Shown here one piece after another: positions 59,644 through 64,000 of a DNA stretch of 64,000 nucleotides. This stretch comes from Bacillota bacterium. GTDB lineage: Bacteria > Patescibacteriota > Patescibacteriia > Patescibacteriales > UBA12465. Within the stretch, counting starts at the first letter, position 1, and every line of letters begins with the position of its first letter. The stretch is taken from the NCBI GenBank assembly GCA_050259635.1, contig JBLNBA010000002.1:154906-218905 (forward strand), in the 5' to 3' direction. The translations under genes were made by a program, and so were the position numbers. The notes under the pieces are model-generated. The model was given only the letters and a program-made list of their open reading frames with translations, was not told the DNA's origin and searched no databases.

Positions 59644-59722
59644 TTGACATTTATCATAAAATGTGCTATATTTATGGGGTTGATATGCTGGATTTCTAAG
59701 CCGTCAACTTGGACATTAAAAA
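59644..59722 (+). promoter_or_regulatory. Promoter, hairpin and boxA-like motif
   Basis: TTGACA-17-TATATT with extended TG; GGGTTGAT/GTCAACTT stem; GGACATTAAAAA. Confidence 0.55.
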
Positions 59723-59782
59723 GTAAATATAAACTAAAATAAACGAGACCCATGGACGAGAAAAGTAAGCCTGGGATAAACA

Positions 59783-60730
59783 ATGGAAACAATCTATGTG
59801 GTAATCATTGCCAGCTTGCTGGTAGCCTCCTATGTGGCAAGTGGTATAGTGATGGTGCATGAGAATTTTCATATCGTTACCGAACTTTTCGGTAAGAAAT
59901 GGAAAGAACTAGGACCGGGGATAAAGTGGATTCCGCCGTTAATCGTCAGGAAGGCACATATAGTATTTATGGGAACATTCCCTTATGAGCTTAAATTAGG
60001 AAGCGATGGTCCGGGTGGCGATGTCGTCGAGTTCGCAGATGAGTCCTCCATTGTAGCGGTTATTATCCATTTTAAGATAATAAAACCAATGAAGGCGGTG
60101 TATGTAGCCGCTTCACCCGACGAGCTTATGCTAATGGTCATCGATTTATTTGATTCGGTAATTCGCGGGTTCCTAAGAGGATTTACCGTCCAAGATGCAG
60201 ATAAATACAAGAACAAGTTTTCGCTGGAAGTCATTGCTCAAGGAGTTAAGTTGGCAGAAGGCGAAGAACTGGTTCCTTTGGATGAAACTGCCTTCGGTAA
60301 AAAGCTTGCTGAATGGGGTATTAAGCCTGAATTGATATCAATCAAGGATATTGGTTTGCCTGAACGGATCATGGAGCAAATGCGACGGACTATGCAGGTT
60401 GCCAAGGATCTGGAAATCGCAACCTCGGAATTGGACGTTGCGAATAAGGTTGCCCTGAAAGCCGAGATTGTTGCTAAAAGCAAAAGAGAAGTAACCGTGA
60501 TCGAAGCTAAAGGTGAAAAGGAAGCTATGCAAGAACTCGCCGAAGGAGAAACCGCAAGATTAAAAAAATTAATGGAGAACGGCTTAAGTGCAAACGACGC
60601 CGCTAACCATATAATTGAATTGGAAAAAACTGAGGCTTTGAAGAAAGCTGGAAGTGTAACATGGGTCGGTGGCAACACTGATCTCGCATCTATCGGAGCC
60701 GCAATCGGCGCCGGATTGAAAAGTAAATAA
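59783..60730 (+). CDS. SPFH/band 7 domain protein
   Basis: N-terminal TM, ELFGK...LGPGIKWIPP, EWGI...IKDIGLP, AEA-rich coiled coil. Confidence 0.85.
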   Translation: METIYVVIIASLLVASYVASGIVMVHENFHIVTELFGKKWKELGPGIKWIPPLIVRKAHIVFMGTFPYELKLGSDGPGGDVVEFADESSIVAVIIHFKIIKPMKAVYVAASPDELMLMVIDLFDSVIRGFLRGFTVQDADKYKNKFSLEVIAQGVKLAEGEELVPLDETAFGKKLAEWGIKPELISIKDIGLPERIMEQMRRTMQVAKDLEIATSELDVANKVALKAEIVAKSKREVTVIEAKGEKEAMQELAEGETARLKKLMENGLSANDAANHIIELEKTEALKKAGSVTWVGGNTDLASIGAAIGAGLKSK

Positions 60731-60750
60731 CAGAAAAAAAGAAATCAGAC

Positions 60751-61437
60751 ATGGCAACTTACAGACCAGTACCTCCGGTTACTAACCCTGCGCCAACGGT
60801 GCGACCGACAAACCCAGCACAAACAGGACAACCGGCTCCTCAACCGCAGGCTAATCCCGCTCCTGCTCCTGCTCCTACTCCCGCTCCTGCCCCCCTTACT
60901 CTCAAGGGTATAGGAGTAAATATTTTGTGTGCAGCTTTAGGGGTAGTCGTATTTATCATTATAAGAGTGATTATGCCCGATGGTATATCATGGTGGGCAG
61001 TAAATATTATCGCCCTGGGTATTTCGATGCTATTCTTGGCAGGAGCCGCTGCATTGGGCAATAAGAATGAGAAGCTAGCCGTAGCAACTCCTTTGTTTAT
61101 CCTTACAGTTTTCTTTCTCTTTATGGTTTTTGATTATAATAGCCATAGAGGGGAGGTAACCGATGCTCAGCCAAAAATTGTTGTTCTTTCCGCCGGAGCG
61201 CATAGTTTCGAATTAAAACCCGGAGAAAAGACCCCCTGGCTTCGTTTTGAACCAAATTCTATAGTTCGTTATAATATCTCATCGCATTCATCGGAATACG
61301 ACGTCTGTTATTCGGATGGCAAGATCTTCCCCGGTACGAGCGAGACGATACCTGACCAAAGGAATCCTTCGTTCTACGTGCAAAGCAAGTCAGATGCATT
61401 CCAATTGGTAACGATAATAGTTAGGAATGATATTTGA
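60751..61437 (+). CDS. Membrane protein with Pro/Ala-rich N-terminus, three TMs and beta-rich C-domain
   Basis: PAPAPAPTPAPAP encoded by hexamer repeats; co-transcribed with the SPFH gene. Confidence 0.7.
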   Translation: MATYRPVPPVTNPAPTVRPTNPAQTGQPAPQPQANPAPAPAPTPAPAPLTLKGIGVNILCAALGVVVFIIIRVIMPDGISWWAVNIIALGISMLFLAGAAALGNKNEKLAVATPLFILTVFFLFMVFDYNSHRGEVTDAQPKIVVLSAGAHSFELKPGEKTPWLRFEPNSIVRYNISSHSSEYDVCYSDGKIFPGTSETIPDQRNPSFYVQSKSDAFQLVTIIVRNDI

Positions 61438-61518
61438 TCCTTATAGAGGTTGCCCTAAAGCAACCTCTTTTTTATTTAGGAAATCGTTGTTATAATAAAA
61501 GTATAATAATGCAACTCT

Positions 61519-61917
61519 ATGAGGATTTTTATTTATACACTCTGTTTAATAAGTTCGCTGTTTATTTCTTTTCCTGTACTTGCCCAAGGCAGTGGTGCTC
61601 AGACTGACAATGGGATTGGCAGCGGGGCGCAAACGATTCCGCCAACGGCAGCGACGGATGAATTGACTAATCCTCTCAAGGGAGTGGATACTCCTCAGGA
61701 ACTTATAGGGTCCGTTATTGAAAAGCTTTTCGGGATTATCGGGTCCCTCGCTCTGGTAATGTTTATCTATGGCGGTCTGATTTGGATGACTTCCTCCGGC
61801 AGCTCTACCCAAGTCAAGAAGGGAAGGGATATAATTGTCTGGGCGATTGTCGGCATGGTGGTTATCTTTTCTGCCTATGCCCTAGTCCGGTTCGTTATAC
61901 AGGGGATTGGAGCTTAA
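61519..61917 (+). CDS. TrbC/VirB2-like pilin of the CPR type
   Basis: Signal peptide, LTNPL, IYGGLIWMTSSG...VKKGRDIIVWAIVG. Confidence 0.82.
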   Translation: MRIFIYTLCLISSLFISFPVLAQGSGAQTDNGIGSGAQTIPPTAATDELTNPLKGVDTPQELIGSVIEKLFGIIGSLALVMFIYGGLIWMTSSGSSTQVKKGRDIIVWAIVGMVVIFSAYALVRFVIQGIGA

Positions 61918-62041
61918 TATAGATTACATCTTAAGTATTACAAAGGCCGTCTAATGACGGCCTTTTCCTTTTGTTTGACATTCGCCCGTATTTTTATATA
62001 ATGGATACAGCCTGTATGCAGGCCTTTGTTTTATTGATAGA

Positions 62042-62127
62042 GGGTCGGTACCGAAGCGGTCAAACGGGACAGACTGTAAATCTGTTGGCTCACGCCTTCG
62101 CAGGTTCGAATCCTGCCCGGCCCACCA
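62042..62127 (+). tRNA. tRNA-Tyr(GTA)
   Basis: ACAGA-CTGTAAA-TCTGT, long variable arm, GTTCGAATC, CCA. Confidence 0.96.
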
Positions 62128-62173
62128 AGAAAAGATCTCACAATGGGGTCTTTTTTATTGCTCCCTAAGCCTA

Positions 62174-62280
62174 TTGACTAGATGTGTATATTGTGGTAAT
62201 GTCTGACGGTGGTTCATTACAATGGATGGGTTGATAATCGAATTCGTCTTTTAAAGGTGGCGTCGATTATCAATCAATCC
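62174..62280 (+). promoter_or_regulatory. Promoter, conserved leader motif and long hairpin
   Basis: TTGACT-17-TAATGT with extended TG; ACGGTGGTTCATTACAAT (62206-62223); stem 62224-62280 with TTGATAATCGA/TCGATTATCAA core. Confidence 0.65.
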
Positions 62281-62294
62281 TAAAAAACAAACAA

Positions 62295-62840
62295 ATGGAA
62301 AGCAGATTATCAATGAATTCATTAGAAAAGCTGGTTAAAAAAACCGGTCAGGCTTTTTGCAGGTGTTTTCGAATAAATACGGTTGCAAGGGCAATGTTGT
62401 TCAATTCTATATTGGCTCGGGTAATATTTTTTACCGAAGCAATATTGGTAGGGCTGATGAGCCTTGCTGTTTATCTGATTAAGGATAATTTTTCGGTGGC
62501 GATAATCATAGCCACAGCGATTACCCTGTTGGGAGTTGCATGCCTACTTTATTACTTGAGTAAGCTCATGGGAGCACTCCTTTACCCCACTAGATGGAAA
62601 CTAAGTTCCGAGCAGCGTCAACGTCTGTGGGGAGATAACTACCCCAAGCTATTAGCCGGCAATATTTGTGCGTTAGATGATGACGTATTTTTTTACGGGT
62701 GTTTAGTTTATGAGCCGTACGAAGAAAAGAAAATAGCCAAAGCTATCATCGAAACGCCTTTTGTTTCTTCGGCAGAAAAAATTCGCGGTGACCTTGATTC
62801 TATTTTGGAAATAAAAAGCAAGTTCACTAAATGTTTGTAA
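62295..62840 (+). CDS. Hypothetical two-TM protein (AT-rich solo unit)
   Basis: Own promoter/leader and GCAGTAGC/GCTACTGC terminator. Confidence 0.65.
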   Translation: MESRLSMNSLEKLVKKTGQAFCRCFRINTVARAMLFNSILARVIFFTEAILVGLMSLAVYLIKDNFSVAIIIATAITLLGVACLLYYLSKLMGALLYPTRWKLSSEQRQRLWGDNYPKLLAGNICALDDDVFFYGCLVYEPYEEKKIAKAIIETPFVSSAEKIRGDLDSILEIKSKFTKCL

Positions 62841-62902
62841 AATACGATAGGGCAGTAGCAATCGCTACTGCTTTTTTATTGGGTCTGATATAATATCTAT
62901 AT

Positions 62903-63007
62903 ATGCCCTTAATTGATCCGGACAAAACAGGCCTTAGCCTGCTCAAGATATTTGCCATTGAGTTTTTGGCTTTGGCAATCATCATAACCGTTATTTTAGT
63001 CCTCTGA
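62903..63007 (+). CDS. 34-aa single-TM peptide upstream of mutM (absent from ORF track)
   Basis: MPLIDPDKTGLSLLKIFAIEFLALAIIITVILVL; TATAAT 6 nt before ATG; stop 1 nt before the mutM ATG. Confidence 0.5.
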   Translation: MPLIDPDKTGLSLLKIFAIEFLALAIIITVILVL

Positions 63008-63008
63008 T

Positions 63009-63896
63009 ATGCCGGAACTGCCTGAAGTGGAAACTGTGCGGCGAGATCTGATTAAATATCTTGTCGGCCGTCGCTTTTTCTCGACTAAGATTTATGATTT
63101 TAAAAACGTCGCTCCCGGGGCGGCTTTTTTAGCGCGCTATCTCAAGGGGGCAAAAGTACTGGGCTTGAGGAGGAGGGGAAAGCTCCTGATTATCGATTTA
63201 GATAAAGAAGGGAATCGAGACCGTCACTTGCTTATCCATCTCAAGATGACCGGACAGTTGGTGTACCGCCAAGGTAAGGACATCAAGGCGGGAGGGCACA
63301 GCCTGGGAGGAACGAGCATATCGGAGATGACGGGCGGCTTTTTGCCCAACAAGCATACACGGGCGGTCTTTGCTTTTGAGGGTGGCGCTTATCTATATTT
63401 TAACGACTTGAGGAAGTTCGGATATATAAAATTGTCCACGGATGAAGAATTGGAGAAAATCATTTCAGCGGGATATGGTCCCGAGCCGGGAGAGAAGGAG
63501 TTCTCGGTTTCATATCTCAGTTCCATTCTTAAGAGGAAAGCCCCGGTGAAAGCCGTTATTCTCAATCAAAAATTAATTGCCGGCTTGGGCAATATTTATG
63601 CGGATGAGTCATTGTTCGCTGCTAAAATAGATCCCTCTCGGAGCGCTTCCAGCCTTAAGGATGGGGAGATAAGGGAGCTCCATAGGGCGATTGTGAATAT
63701 TATTAGAAAAGCGGTGAAGGCAAGAGGTACGACATTCCGAAATTATGTTGACGCTTTTGGAAAAAAAGGTAAGTTTTCATCTTTCCTGAATGTTTATCAA
63801 CGATCCGGGCAAAAATGTCCCCGTTGTGGCCGAAAAATCCTGAAGAAACGAGTGGCCGGCAGAGGAACACATTATTGCGCACATTGTCAAAGATAG
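63009..63896 (+). CDS. mutM: Formamidopyrimidine-DNA glycosylase
   Basis: MPELPEVE, HLKMTG, DLRKFG, GLGNIYADE, C-terminal C4 zinc finger. Confidence 0.97.
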   Translation: MPELPEVETVRRDLIKYLVGRRFFSTKIYDFKNVAPGAAFLARYLKGAKVLGLRRRGKLLIIDLDKEGNRDRHLLIHLKMTGQLVYRQGKDIKAGGHSLGGTSISEMTGGFLPNKHTRAVFAFEGGAYLYFNDLRKFGYIKLSTDEELEKIISAGYGPEPGEKEFSVSYLSSILKRKAPVKAVILNQKLIAGLGNIYADESLFAAKIDPSRSASSLKDGEIRELHRAIVNIIRKAVKARGTTFRNYVDAFGKKGKFSSFLNVYQRSGQKCPRCGRKILKKRVAGRGTHYCAHCQR

Positions 63897-63975
63897 AGAA
63901 TTTAGCCTGATATTTGACTTTTTTACTGTTTTTATCTATTGTATTAGGGTAATTAATAAGTAAAAGAACAATGCT

Positions 63976-64000
63976 ATGTCACAGGACAACATGATCAAGC
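63976..64000 (+). CDS. rpmG: Probable start of 50S ribosomal protein L33 (cut by window edge)
   Basis: MSQDNMIK resembles CPR L33 N-termini; TTGACT-17-TATTGT upstream; only 8 codons visible. Confidence 0.5.

Noticed and set aside
60856-60895. GCTCCT hexamer tandem repeat
   Set aside because: In-frame Pro-Ala linker; unit is a multiple of three so not a phase-variation switch

Overview
A 64-kb stretch of bacterial chromosome (genetic code 11). The gene content and style (pilin-like, PEGA, membrane-anchored Clp, AT-rich non-SD starts) look like Patescibacteria/CPR, probably Parcubacteria; this taxonomy is an inference. The backbone carries housekeeping genes (miaB, miaA, gatB, a dCMP deaminase-thyX-kinase-tmk/dut operon, GT2 cluster with galU, murA, rplU, recR, ybaB, dnaB, fmt, def, clpB with a CIRCE box, pgk, eno-like, gpmI-like, gyrB, tpiA, mutM, start of rpmG) and five tRNA genes. 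No integrase, transposase, reverse transcriptase, CRISPR array or rRNA was seen. The most striking pattern is about ten AT-rich one- or two-gene units sitting between core operons. Most have their own near-consensus sigma70 promoter and terminator, and seven carry a shared boxA-like leader motif (core GTTCATTAC / TCATTACAAT) next to a hairpin in most cases. Their cargo includes an HTH + sigma-region-4 + RNAP alpha-CTD fusion and two proteins resembling orphan DGR targets. Other oddities: WecA/MraY-QueH and Tmk-dUTPase fusions, an IGF-bearing ClpB opposite a membrane-anchored Clp with a degenerate first ATPase domain, and several apparent pseudo-enzymes (iPGM, enolase, HtrA, MEMO/LigB-like). 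All calls come from reading motifs by eye; no searches were run.
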